Shown here piece after piece: positions 25,901 through 35,414 of a stretch of 64,000 bases of DNA. Position numbers and translations under genes: made by a program. Under the pieces are notes generated by a model. The model searched no databases. It was not told the DNA's origin and saw nothing but the letters and a program-made list of their open reading frames with translations. Every line of letters starts with the position of its first letter. Position 1 is the stretch's first letter. Origin of the DNA: an uncultured Enterobacteriaceae bacterium (GTDB lineage Bacteria > Pseudomonadota > Gammaproteobacteria > Burkholderiales > SG8-39). Location of the stretch: the NCBI GenBank assembly GCA_964477695.1, contig CAYZFN010000212.1, positions 10,974 to 74,973 on the forward strand, given 5' to 3'.

Positions 25901-26926
25901 ATGCGAATCGACGACGACCTGCCGCTGATGGTCTGGACCGCCCGGCCGGACCTCGCGTGCGACTACGTAAGCCGCGCGTGGCTGGATTTCACGGGCTACT
26001 CGCCGGAGCAGGCGCTCGGCCACGGCTGGTCGCGGGCGCTGCATCCTGAAGACCTGGCGCGTTGGCTCGATACATGCGTTCGCGCCTTCGATGCGCGAGA
26101 GCCGTTCGCGCTCGAATACCGCTTGCGCAGGCGCGATGGACAGTACCGATGGGTGCTCGATCGTGCCACACCCCGTGCCGGGAGCGGGCCGTTCGCCGGC
26201 TTCGCCGGCGTATGCGTGGACATCGACGAGGCGAAGCGCGCGCAGCACGAGCTTGCCCGATCGCTCGAGCGCGAGCGCCGGCTGCGCCTCGCGGTGGAGG
26301 AGGCGAGCCGCGCCAAGGACGCGTTCCTCACCGCGGTGCTGAACGAGCTGCAGGCGCCGACGCACGCCATGGCCACGTGGGCGGGGCACTTGCGCAACCG
26401 GCTGAAAGCGGCCGGCGAGGCCGGGGCGCTCGAGTCGATCGAGCGCAACGCCCGGCTGCAGAGCCGCATCATCGCCAACCTGCAGCAGCTTTCGCAGCCC
26501 GGACATGCGCCGCTCGCGCACGCGCTGGAGGAGCCGCTGCTCTCGGGCGTGCGGGTGCTGCTCGTCGAGGATGACGCCGCGGCGCGCGAGCTGCTCGTCA
26601 AGGTGCTGCGTGTCGCGGGCGCCGAAACGCGGGCCGCGGCCTCGAGCGCCGAAGCGCTCGACGCCCTCGGCGAATGGCGACCCGACATCGTGCTATCCGA
26701 TCTCGGCATGCGCGGCGACGATGGTTACGTGCTGATTCGTGCCGTGCGCGCGCTGCCAGCGGAGCGCGGCGGCTGTGTCCCGGCCGCCGCCTTGACCGTG
26801 GCCACGGAACCGCAGGCGCGCAACCGCGCAGCGGCAGCCGGCTACGACGCGCAACTCGCCAAGCCGGTCGAGCCGGTCGCGCTGCTCGCGACGGTGGCAC
26901 GCCTCGTGCAACCGGCAAGCTTTTAG
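25901..26926 (+). CDS. PAS - degenerate DHp (His replaced by Asn, no ATPase domain) - receiver protein
   Basis: PAS domain (..[32 protein letters not shown]..). The DHp-like helix [25 protein letters not shown] sits where hybrid kinases in this window have ..SHELR.P... There are no N/G boxes. An intact REC follows ([26 protein letters not shown]). Confidence 0.85.
   Translation: MRIDDDLPLMVWTARPDLACDYVSRAWLDFTGYSPEQALGHGWSRALHPEDLARWLDTCVRAFDAREPFALEYRLRRRDGQYRWVLDRATPRAGSGPFAGFAGVCVDIDEAKRAQHELARSLERERRLRLAVEEASRAKDAFLTAVLNELQAPTHAMATWAGHLRNRLKAAGEAGALESIERNARLQSRIIANLQQLSQPGHAPLAHALEEPLLSGVRVLLVEDDAAARELLVKVLRVAGAETRAAASSAEALDALGEWRPDIVLSDLGMRGDDGYVLIRAVRALPAERGGCVPAAALTVATEPQARNRAAAAGYDAQLAKPVEPVALLATVARLVQPASF
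26895..26910 (+). promoter_or_regulatory. Sigma-54-type promoter candidate TGGCAC-GCCTC-GTGCA
   Basis: Perfect -24 element, correct GG-N10-GC spacing, and a -12 element GTGCA with one mismatch. Predicted +1 is near 26921, giving a 30-nt leader to ATG 26951. Confidence 0.45.
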
Positions 26927-26950
26927 AGAGACGTCAGCTAAAGGATGGCG

Positions 26951-27118
26951 ATGAATCGAGACAAGCCGCAGGACCGCTGGCCCTTCGATCCGATGCAGCC
27001 CGGCGACCACGAGCCGGCGCGGCCGGCCGAGGAGGTCGAGCCGGTACAGAAGCAGACCGGCCGGGGCAAGACGCAGCCGTCGCCCGACTACCGCAGATCC
27101 GAGGAGAAGCCGAAGTGA
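26951..27118 (+). CDS. Small hydrophilic Pro/Glu/Asp/Lys-rich protein (hydrophilin-like), not in the ORF track
   Basis: MNRDKPQDRWPFDPMQPGDHEPARPAEEVEPVQKQTGRGKTQPSPDYRRSEEKPK. About 90 percent of codons end in G/C. An AAGGA SD lies 5 nt upstream. The stop overlaps the BON start as GTGA. An alternative ATG lies at 26945. Confidence 0.4.
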   Translation: MNRDKPQDRWPFDPMQPGDHEPARPAEEVEPVQKQTGRGKTQPSPDYRRSEEKPK

Positions 27119-27444
27119 GAAGCGTCCTCTTCGCCGCCGCACTCCTGCTCGCCGCCATGTTGGGCGCGACCGGCTGCGCCGGGCCCGCCGATTCGGCCGC
27201 GCACCGCTCGGCCGGTGAATTCACCGACGATGCGGCCATCACCGCCAAGGTGAAGAGCGCGATCGCGACCGACGTGGGAGCGCGCACTGCCGCCGCGGTC
27301 AACGTCGATACCTACCGCGGCTCGGTGCAGCTCACCGGATTCGTCGACGATCGAGAAACGGCGCAGCGTGCAGAGGCGGCCGCGAAAAAGGTGAGCGGCG
27401 TGCGCGCGGTAAAGAACTCGATCCGCCTGAAGTCTTCCTCTTAG
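27115..27444 (+). CDS. BON-domain lipoprotein (OsmY-like)
   Basis: GTG start preceded by GAGGAG. Lipobox LGATGC. BON motif ..DAAITAKVKSAIATD..VNVDTYRGSVQLTGFVDDRETAQRAEAAAKKVSGVRAVKNSI... Confidence 0.8.
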   Translation: MRSVLFAAALLLAAMLGATGCAGPADSAAHRSAGEFTDDAAITAKVKSAIATDVGARTAAAVNVDTYRGSVQLTGFVDDRETAQRAEAAAKKVSGVRAVKNSIRLKSSS

Positions 27445-27471
27445 ACCGCAGTTCCACAAACGGAGGTACTC

Positions 27472-28071
<600 letters not shown>

Positions 28072-28086
<15 letters not shown>

Positions 28087-28623
28087 GGGATTGCGCGGAT
28101 CGAAATCGCGCCATCCGTCGCGCCACTGGCCTTCGGCCCGGCCGACGTCGCGCGCATTGTGCGCGCGCAGGATGTCGAGCGCCGCGCGCTCGCTGCCGGC
28201 CCGGTCGACGCACACGGCGACCATGCGTCCGGCCCTGGGCTCTACGGGATGCTCGACCGAGGCCCAGCGCCGCTCGCCGCCGCGAAACGAGGCGAGCGCA
28301 CCGGCGAAGGCACCGACCAGGGCGCCGAGCAGCGCCGCCAGCGGCACGGTCGGACGGCCGAGGTCGATAGCGCCGACGAAGCCGGCGATCAGGCCGACCA
28401 CCAGGCCGAGCACGGCGCCAATGGCCGCGCCGACGCCGCCACGCTGCGAGCCTTCGCTGCTGTGCGGCGCGTCGCCGCCGGCGGCGGTCATGGCGTGTTG
28501 CCCCGGCGGGCTGACATAGAACGCGTCGACTTCGCTGCGCGAGAAGCCCTCGCGCTTCAGTGCCTCGAGCACCGCATCGGCGTCGAGAGTGCGGTCGAAC
28601 CGGCCAGCGACGATTCGCGACAT
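28072..28623 (-). CDS. Membrane stress protein (YflT/GSP17M-like N-domain plus glycine-zipper TM)
   Basis: MSRIVAGRFDRTLDADAVLEALKREGFSRSEVDAFYV resembles the YflT general-stress domain. A Gly-zipper follows (GVGAAIGAVLGLVVGLIAGFVGA..LLGALVGAFAGAL). GGAGGA lies 7 nt before ATG 28623. The gene starts 20 nt after the rpoN stop. Confidence 0.65.
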
Positions 28624-28643
28624 CGGCATATCCTCCTGAAGAG

Positions 28644-30017
28644 CTAAGCGCCCCGCCGCATATCGGCGCGGCGCACGTCCACGCTGGGCATGCGCATGAG
28701 CGCGCGATACTTGGTGATGGTGCGCCTTGCAACTCTCAGGCCCTGCTGCGCGAGCAGGCGCGCGAGCTCGGCGTCGGAGAGCGGCGCACGCGGATCCTCG
28801 GCGGCGATGAGCTCCTTCATCACCGCGCGCACCGCGGTGGCCGAGGCGGCGCCGCCGTTTTCCGTGGCCAGGCGGCGCGAGAAGAAATGCTTGAACTCGA
28901 AGAGGCCGCGCGGGGTCGCCATGTACTTGTTGTTGGTCACGCGGCACACCGTCGACTCGTGCAGCCCGAGCTCGCCGGCGATGAGCTTCAGCGTGAGCGG
29001 CTTCATCGCCACCTCGCCGTACTCGAAGAACCCGCGCTGGCGCGCGACGATGGCGTCGGCGACGCGCTGGATGGTCGCGAAGCGCTGCTCGATGGAGCGC
29101 AGCAGCCAGCGCGCCTCCTGCAGGTGGCGGGCGAGGGACTGGTTCGAGCCCTTGCTCGAGAGCGCATCGGCATACGCCCGGTTGAGGCGCACGCGCGGCA
29201 GCGAAGCCGGGTTGATGATCGCCACCCAGCGGTCGCGCGCCTTCTTGACGATGACGTCGGGCACGACATAGCGCGCCTCCTGCGGGCCGAAGCGATGGCC
29301 GGGGCGCGGGTCGAGCGAGCGGATGAGCGCCCGCGCCACGTGCAGCATCTTCTCGTCGCAGCCGGCGGCGTGCTGCAGGCGGGCCCATTCGCGGTTGGCG
29401 AGCAGGCTGAGGTTGCCCTTGACGATGCGCAGCGCCACGTCGCGCCCGGCCGTTTCCGGCGGCAGCGCGTTCAGCTGCAGGGCGAGGCATTCCTCGAGCG
29501 AGCGCGCGCCGACGCCGGCCGGGTCGAGGCTTTGCACGAGGCGCAACGCGGCGCCGAAGTCCTCGGCCCGCACGTCCTGTTCCGGCGGCACGAGCGCCGC
29601 CAGCTCGTCGAACGAGAGCTTGAAATAGCCGTCGTCGTCCAGGCTGTCGATGATCATCTGCGCGAGGGCGCGGTCGCGGTCGCCCATCGGCGAGATCATG
29701 AGCTGCTCCCTCAGGTGCTGCTGCAGGGTGGGCTGGCCGTCGGCCGCGCCGCCCCAGTCGTCCTGCTCACGCTCGAGCGATCCACCCGAGCCGGTCGGCT
29801 CCTGCGGCACGACGATGTCGTCGACCGCGGCCGCGTCGCGCAGCGGCGTCGCTTCCGCCGCCTCGGGGTTCTCCTCGAGAAAGGGGTTGGCCGCGAGGGC
29901 CTGTTCCATCTCCTGCGCGAACTCGAGCGCCGACATCTGCAGCAGCTTGAGCGCCTGCTGCACCTGCGGTGTGAGGGTGAGATGCTGGCGAAGACGTAGC
30001 GCGATGGCGGGGGACAT
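28644..30017 (-). CDS. rpoN: RNA polymerase sigma-54 factor
   Basis: Region I LRLRQHLTLTPQVQQALKLLQMSALEF. C-terminal HTH and RpoN box ARRTITKYR. Length of about 457 aa. ATG 30017 with an AAGGA SD. Confidence 0.95.
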   Translation of the reverse strand: MSPAIALRLRQHLTLTPQVQQALKLLQMSALEFAQEMEQALAANPFLEENPEAAEATPLRDAAAVDDIVVPQEPTGSGGSLEREQDDWGGAADGQPTLQQHLREQLMISPMGDRDRALAQMIIDSLDDDGYFKLSFDELAALVPPEQDVRAEDFGAALRLVQSLDPAGVGARSLEECLALQLNALPPETAGRDVALRIVKGNLSLLANREWARLQHAAGCDEKMLHVARALIRSLDPRPGHRFGPQEARYVVPDVIVKKARDRWVAIINPASLPRVRLNRAYADALSSKGSNQSLARHLQEARWLLRSIEQRFATIQRVADAIVARQRGFFEYGEVAMKPLTLKLIAGELGLHESTVCRVTNNKYMATPRGLFEFKHFFSRRLATENGGAASATAVRAVMKELIAAEDPRAPLSDAELARLLAQQGLRVARRTITKYRALMRMPSVDVRRADMRRGA

Positions 30018-30048
30018 GAGTTTCCTTGTTTGCGGTCCCCTTGCGTAC

Positions 30049-30064
30049 TGCAGGGAACGTGCCA
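30049..30064 (-). promoter_or_regulatory. Sigma-54-type promoter candidate TGGCAC-GTTCC-CTGCA upstream of rpoN
   Basis: Perfect -24 element, correct GG-N10-GC spacing, and a -12 element CTGCA with one mismatch. Predicted +1 is near 30038, giving a 21-nt leader containing the SD. Confidence 0.5.
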
Positions 30065-30174
30065 GCCGCCCGCCGAAGGCCCGCGCCGACCGGCTCGCCC
30101 GCTTGCGCTGTAACCGTTTCCCAGGCCCGGTAGCAATTACCGCGCGCGGGCTCGGGTTTTGCTGAGCCGCGCGC

Positions 30175-32598
30175 ATGAGCGACCGGCTCGAGCGCTATCG
30201 GCAGATGCGCGACTTCTCGATCACCCCCGAGCCCTCGGGCGAGAGGACGCGCTCGAGTAAGGTCAAGGCGCTGCGCTACTACGTGCAGCGCCATGCGGCG
30301 ACTCGCCTGCACTACGACTTTCGCCTCGAGCTGGAGGGTGTGCTCAAGAGCTGGGCGGTGCCGAAGGGACCGAGCCTCGATCCGGCCGACAAGCGCCTCG
30401 CGATGCAGACCGAGGACCATCCGCTGGACTATGGCGACTTCGAGGGCGTGATCCCGGAGAAGCAGTACGGCGCGGGTGAAGTGCTGCTTTGGGACCAGGG
30501 CACATGGGTCGTGGAAGACCGCGATGCGCTCGAGGCGCTGCGCAAGGGCCGGCTGCACTTTCATCTCGAGGGCGAGAAGCTGCACGGCTCGTGGATACTC
30601 GCGCGCACGCGCGGTAACGACGACAAGCCGGCGTGGCTGCTCATCAAGCGCAACGACGAGGAGGCACGGCCTGGCTACCAGATCACCCTGGAGCGACCCG
30701 AAAGCGTGAAACGCCAGCCCAAGGCTGCAAAGTACGGCAAGCGCTCGGCGCTGCCGCAGTTCATTACGCCGCAGCTCGCGACGCTGGTCACGTCCCCGCC
30801 GGCGAGCGGCAGCTGGATCTACGAGGTGAAGCACGACGGCTACCGCATGCTCGCGCGGCTTACCAAGCGCGATGCGCGGCTCTTCACGCGCAGCGGCAAG
30901 GACTGGAGCGCAAAGCTGCCGTACCTGGCGAAGGAACTGAAGCAGCTCAAGCTCGAGGAGAGCTGGCTCGACGGCGAGATCGTCGTGCTGCGCGAGGATG
31001 GACGCGCGAGCTTCCAGGCGCTGCAAAACGCGTTCGAGTCGGGCCGCGACAGCCAGATCATCTACTACGTGTTCGATGCGCCTTTTCTCAAGGGGCAGGA
31101 TTTGCGCGGGCTGCCGCTGGCCGAGCGCAAGGCGCGGCTCAAGGCGGCGTTCAGGGCGTCGCGCGCCGTGCGCTTCAGCGACCACCTCGAAGGCGAGGCG
31201 CACGAGGTGCTCGACAAAGCGTGCAAGCTCGGCCTCGAGGGACTGATCGGCAAGCGCACGGACGCGGTGTACGCGGCGGGGCGCACCAAGACCTGGATCA
31301 AGCTGAAGTGCCGCAGCCGCCAGGATTTCGTCATCGCCGGCTACAGCGCGCCGGCCGGCTCGCGCACCGGCTTTGGCGCGCTGCTGCTCGCGTTCTACGA
31401 CCGGCAGATGAAGCTGCGCTACGCGGGCAAGGTCGGCACCGGGTTTGACGAACATCTCCTCGCCACCTTGGCGAAAAGGCTGTCCGGGATGAAGCGGTCC
31501 GATTCGCCGCTCGTCGATCCGCCGCGCGAGCGCGGCATCACGTGGGTGAAGCCGCAGCTCGTGTGCGAGGTGGCGTTCGCCGAGCGCACCGCCGACGGCA
31601 TCCTGCGACAGGCGTCCTTCATGGGGCTGCGCGCGGACATTCCAGCGAAGTCCGTGGGCGAGGAGCGCGCCCAGGACCCGCCCGAGACGAAAGGCGACGC
31701 GAAAAGCGAAGCGCCGCAAGGCGTCAGGATCACGCACCCCGAGCGCATCGTCTATCCGGCGCTCGGCTTCACGAAGCTCGATCTCGCGCGCTACTACGAT
31801 GCAGTGGCCGAGGCGCTGCTGCCGCATCTCGCCGGCCGGCCGCTCACGCTGGTGCGCTGCCCCGACGGCGTCGGCCGCGAGTGCTTCTACCAGCGTCACC
31901 TGGCGATGGGCGCAAGCCCCGGCGAGGTCAAGACGTTCAAGCGGCTTCGCTCGAGCAAGGGTTATTACATCTACGTCGACTCGCAGCGCGGCATCCTTTC
32001 GATGGTACAGAACGGCGCGATCGAAATGCATACGTGGGGTGCGACGCTGCCCGACACGCAGCACCCGGACCGCATCACCCTCGACCTGGATCCCGGCGAG
32101 GATCTGCCGTGGGCCGAACTGCGCCGGGCCGCGGAGATGACACGCAGGGTGGTCGAAGGCCTGGGGCTGAAATCCTTCCTCAAGACCACCGGGGGCAAGG
32201 GGCTGCATGTCGTCGTGCCGATCGCGCGCAAGTGGAATTGGGCCGAGGTGAAGGAGTTCTCGCGCCTCATTGCCGCGTTTCTGGTCAGGGCTGAGCCGGG
32301 ATTCTTCACGGCGCGCATTGCGAAGGCCGAGCGGCCGGGCAAGGTGTTCGTCGATTATTTGCGCAACTCCGAAACGGCGAGCGCGGTCGCCGCATTCTCG
32401 GCGCGCGCGCGGCCGAACGCCGGGGTGTCTACGCCGCTACATTGGCAAGAGCTCGACGACGACCTGCGCGGCCGCTTCACCGTGCTTACCGTGCCGAAGC
32501 GGCTCGCGCAGCTAAGGAAGGATCCGTGGGACGGCTATGCCGCTGCTGCCCGGCAGCCGCTGACCGAGAAGATGCGCGCCGCGCTGCGCGGCGCCTGA
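30175..32598 (+). CDS. ligD: ATP-dependent DNA ligase D (phosphoesterase-ligase-polymerase order)
   Basis: PE domain ..RDFSITPEP..YYVQRHAATRLHYDFRLE..WAVPKGPS... Ligase motif I EVKHDGYR. C-terminal primase-polymerase ..ITHPERIVYP..LTLVRCPDG..DLDP... Confidence 0.95.
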   Translation: MSDRLERYRQMRDFSITPEPSGERTRSSKVKALRYYVQRHAATRLHYDFRLELEGVLKSWAVPKGPSLDPADKRLAMQTEDHPLDYGDFEGVIPEKQYGAGEVLLWDQGTWVVEDRDALEALRKGRLHFHLEGEKLHGSWILARTRGNDDKPAWLLIKRNDEEARPGYQITLERPESVKRQPKAAKYGKRSALPQFITPQLATLVTSPPASGSWIYEVKHDGYRMLARLTKRDARLFTRSGKDWSAKLPYLAKELKQLKLEESWLDGEIVVLREDGRASFQALQNAFESGRDSQIIYYVFDAPFLKGQDLRGLPLAERKARLKAAFRASRAVRFSDHLEGEAHEVLDKACKLGLEGLIGKRTDAVYAAGRTKTWIKLKCRSRQDFVIAGYSAPAGSRTGFGALLLAFYDRQMKLRYAGKVGTGFDEHLLATLAKRLSGMKRSDSPLVDPPRERGITWVKPQLVCEVAFAERTADGILRQASFMGLRADIPAKSVGEERAQDPPETKGDAKSEAPQGVRITHPERIVYPALGFTKLDLARYYDAVAEALLPHLAGRPLTLVRCPDGVGRECFYQRHLAMGASPGEVKTFKRLRSSKGYYIYVDSQRGILSMVQNGAIEMHTWGATLPDTQHPDRITLDLDPGEDLPWAELRRAAEMTRRVVEGLGLKSFLKTTGGKGLHVVVPIARKWNWAEVKEFSRLIAAFLVRAEPGFFTARIAKAERPGKVFVDYLRNSETASAVAAFSARARPNAGVSTPLHWQELDDDLRGRFTVLTVPKRLAQLRKDPWDGYAAAARQPLTEKMRAALRGA

Positions 32599-32775
32599 GC
32601 ACGACGCGAAAACGTCCAACCGGGCGCGCCTGCGGCGCGCGGATGTCGCCGCGCTGCGACGCCGGATACGAGATCGCGAGTAGAACTTCCCGCCGCGGCC
32701 CGGCGGGCTCGCAGCAAGCCGCTGACGCGAAGGCGAAAAATTGCGGCTGAGCCGATCGGACCGGGAGGCGAGCGC

Positions 32776-32791
32776 TGGTACGCAAGTTGCG
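32776..32791 (+). promoter_or_regulatory. Sigma-54-type promoter candidate TGGTAC-GCAAG-TTGCG
   Basis: Correct GG-N10-GC spacing, one mismatch in the -24 element, TTGC at -12. Predicted +1 is near 32802, giving a 35-nt leader with an ACGGAG SD before GTG 32837. Confidence 0.5.
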
Positions 32792-32836
32792 TTCCTCATC
32801 GTATCCATCCTGCAAAAGCTACAACGGAGTGCATAA

Positions 32837-34219
<1,383 letters not shown>

Positions 34220-34262
34220 AGGTTGCTTTTTCGTTGGGCGACTTTTCCTTCAGGAGCAAGCC

Positions 34263-34529
34263 ATGGCTAACGAGCAGACCAGCACCCGTAACCCGCAGCA
34301 GACCGTGGACCGGCTGAGCCAGTCCGCGCACCAGGCCGTCGACCGTGCGGCGAGCGCCGCGTCGGCATATGCCGAGCGCTTCGGCGAGAAGGGCGAGGAA
34401 TGGATGCAGATGCCGCAGGATTGGCTGGAGACGGCGCGCGATTACGTGCGTGAGAATCCGCTGCAGGCGATCGGCATGGCCGCCGCCGCCGGGTACCTGC
34501 TCAGCATCCTGATGCGCAGCCGCGACTAG
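34263..34529 (+). CDS. DUF883 (ElaB/YqjD/YgaM-family) membrane-anchored stress protein
   Basis: Hydrophilic N-terminus and a C-terminal anchor ..ENPLQAIGMAAAAGYLLSILMRSRD, as in E. coli ElaB/YqjD. Confidence 0.85.
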   Translation: MANEQTSTRNPQQTVDRLSQSAHQAVDRAASAASAYAERFGEKGEEWMQMPQDWLETARDYVRENPLQAIGMAAAAGYLLSILMRSRD

Positions 34530-34533
34530 GTTC

Positions 34534-34926
34534 ATGGAGCCCGCACGCAGGGCCGCGCCGGGGCTCGGCGACGCGCTCGCGCGCCTGATCGCCGAGGCGC
34601 GGCAGCTGCTCGCCGACTATGCGCTGCTCACCGTCCTCGACGCGCGGCGCGCGGCGATCCGCCTGGCGTGGATCCTCGGCGCGGTGCTCGTCGGCGCGGT
34701 GCTGATCGTCACTTCCTGGATGGGCCTCGTGTCGGCGGGCATCATGTTCGCGTGGGGCCACGGCGCGTCGTGGCCGGTCGCGCTTGGCATCGCCGCGCTC
34801 ATCAACCTCGTCGCGGCCGGCGTGCTCGTCTGGTTCACGCTCAAGCTTGCCAAGGAGCTGCCCTTCACCGCGCTCCTGCGCCAGCTGCGCGGCGATGCGC
34901 CCGAGCCGCCACAGAAAGTCACATGA
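34534..34926 (+). CDS. YqjE-like (DUF1469 / holin-X superfamily) membrane protein
   Basis: Two TM helices after an amphipathic N-terminus (..LIAEARQLLADYALLTVLDARRAA..). The position directly after the DUF883 gene mirrors E. coli yqjD-yqjE-yqjK. Confidence 0.7.
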   Translation: MEPARRAAPGLGDALARLIAEARQLLADYALLTVLDARRAAIRLAWILGAVLVGAVLIVTSWMGLVSAGIMFAWGHGASWPVALGIAALINLVAAGVLVWFTLKLAKELPFTALLRQLRGDAPEPPQKVT

Positions 34927-35363
34927 TCCCTCCCGACCAAGAGATCTACGAAGTCGAGAAGCGCATCGCCGAGCGCCGGCAGCGCGTCGAGACCGTGTTC
35001 CGGGAAACCGGCCGGCAGAGCGTGCGCGCGCTGACCTCGCCATGGGCGCTGGGCGCCGCGGCGCTGCTCGGCTTCGTCGTCGCGGGCGGCGTGCGCCTGC
35101 GCCACCGCGACAGCGCGCACGTCGCTCCGAGCACCAAGACAGCCGCGCAGGCGGGCACGATCTCGAGCATCGCCATGGCCGCGGCGACCTGGTTCATCAA
35201 GTCGCAATTCGGCTCGCCGGTGGAAATGGCGCGTTTCTTCATCGACAAGGTCCGCGCGAGGAAGGGCAAGCCGTCGATGGCGACGGCGCCCACGCTGCGA
35301 CCGGCGTCGGGTGTTCCCGACAGACTGCGACCGAGGCGTCGAGAAGCAACGACCGCCGGCTAG
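34923..35363 (+). CDS. YqjK-like protein
   Basis: ATGA overlap with the upstream gene. N-terminal helix EVEKRIAERRQRVETVFRETG followed by one TM segment (WALGAAALLGFVVAG). Third position of a yqjDEK-like operon. Confidence 0.6.
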   Translation: MIPPDQEIYEVEKRIAERRQRVETVFRETGRQSVRALTSPWALGAAALLGFVVAGGVRLRHRDSAHVAPSTKTAAQAGTISSIAMAAATWFIKSQFGSPVEMARFFIDKVRARKGKPSMATAPTLRPASGVPDRLRPRRREATTAG

Positions 35364-35390
35364 AAATTCGGACGATAGGCACGCGCGCCG

Positions 35391-35409
35391 CGGGAAGCTA
35401 GGCTTCCCG
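35391..35409. repeat. Perfect hairpin CGGGAAGC-TAG-GCTTCCCG
   Basis: 8-bp stem with a 3-nt loop, ending 5 nt before ATG 35415 of the hybrid kinase. It occupies the space where an SD would sit. No U-tract. Confidence 0.6.
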
Positions 35410-35414
35410 ATCGG

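Noticed and set aside
30148-30163. GG-N10-GC match GGGCTC-GGGTT-TTGCT upstream of ligD
   Set aside because: The -24 element is poor (CTC instead of CAC). The predicted +1 falls on the ligD ATG, but ligD is not SD-less in the same convincing way. I treat it as chance, although the leaderless pattern seen elsewhere keeps it marginally open.
29767-32208. 813-aa minus-strand ORF
   Set aside because: It is antisense to ligD, which carries all the ligase, primase and phosphoesterase motifs. It has shadow-ORF composition.
35378-35391. GG-N10-GC match AGGCAC-GCGCG-CCGCG before the hybrid kinase
   Set aside because: The -12 element has only the GC dinucleotide. The site runs directly into the hairpin, and the leader would be about 12 nt with no SD.
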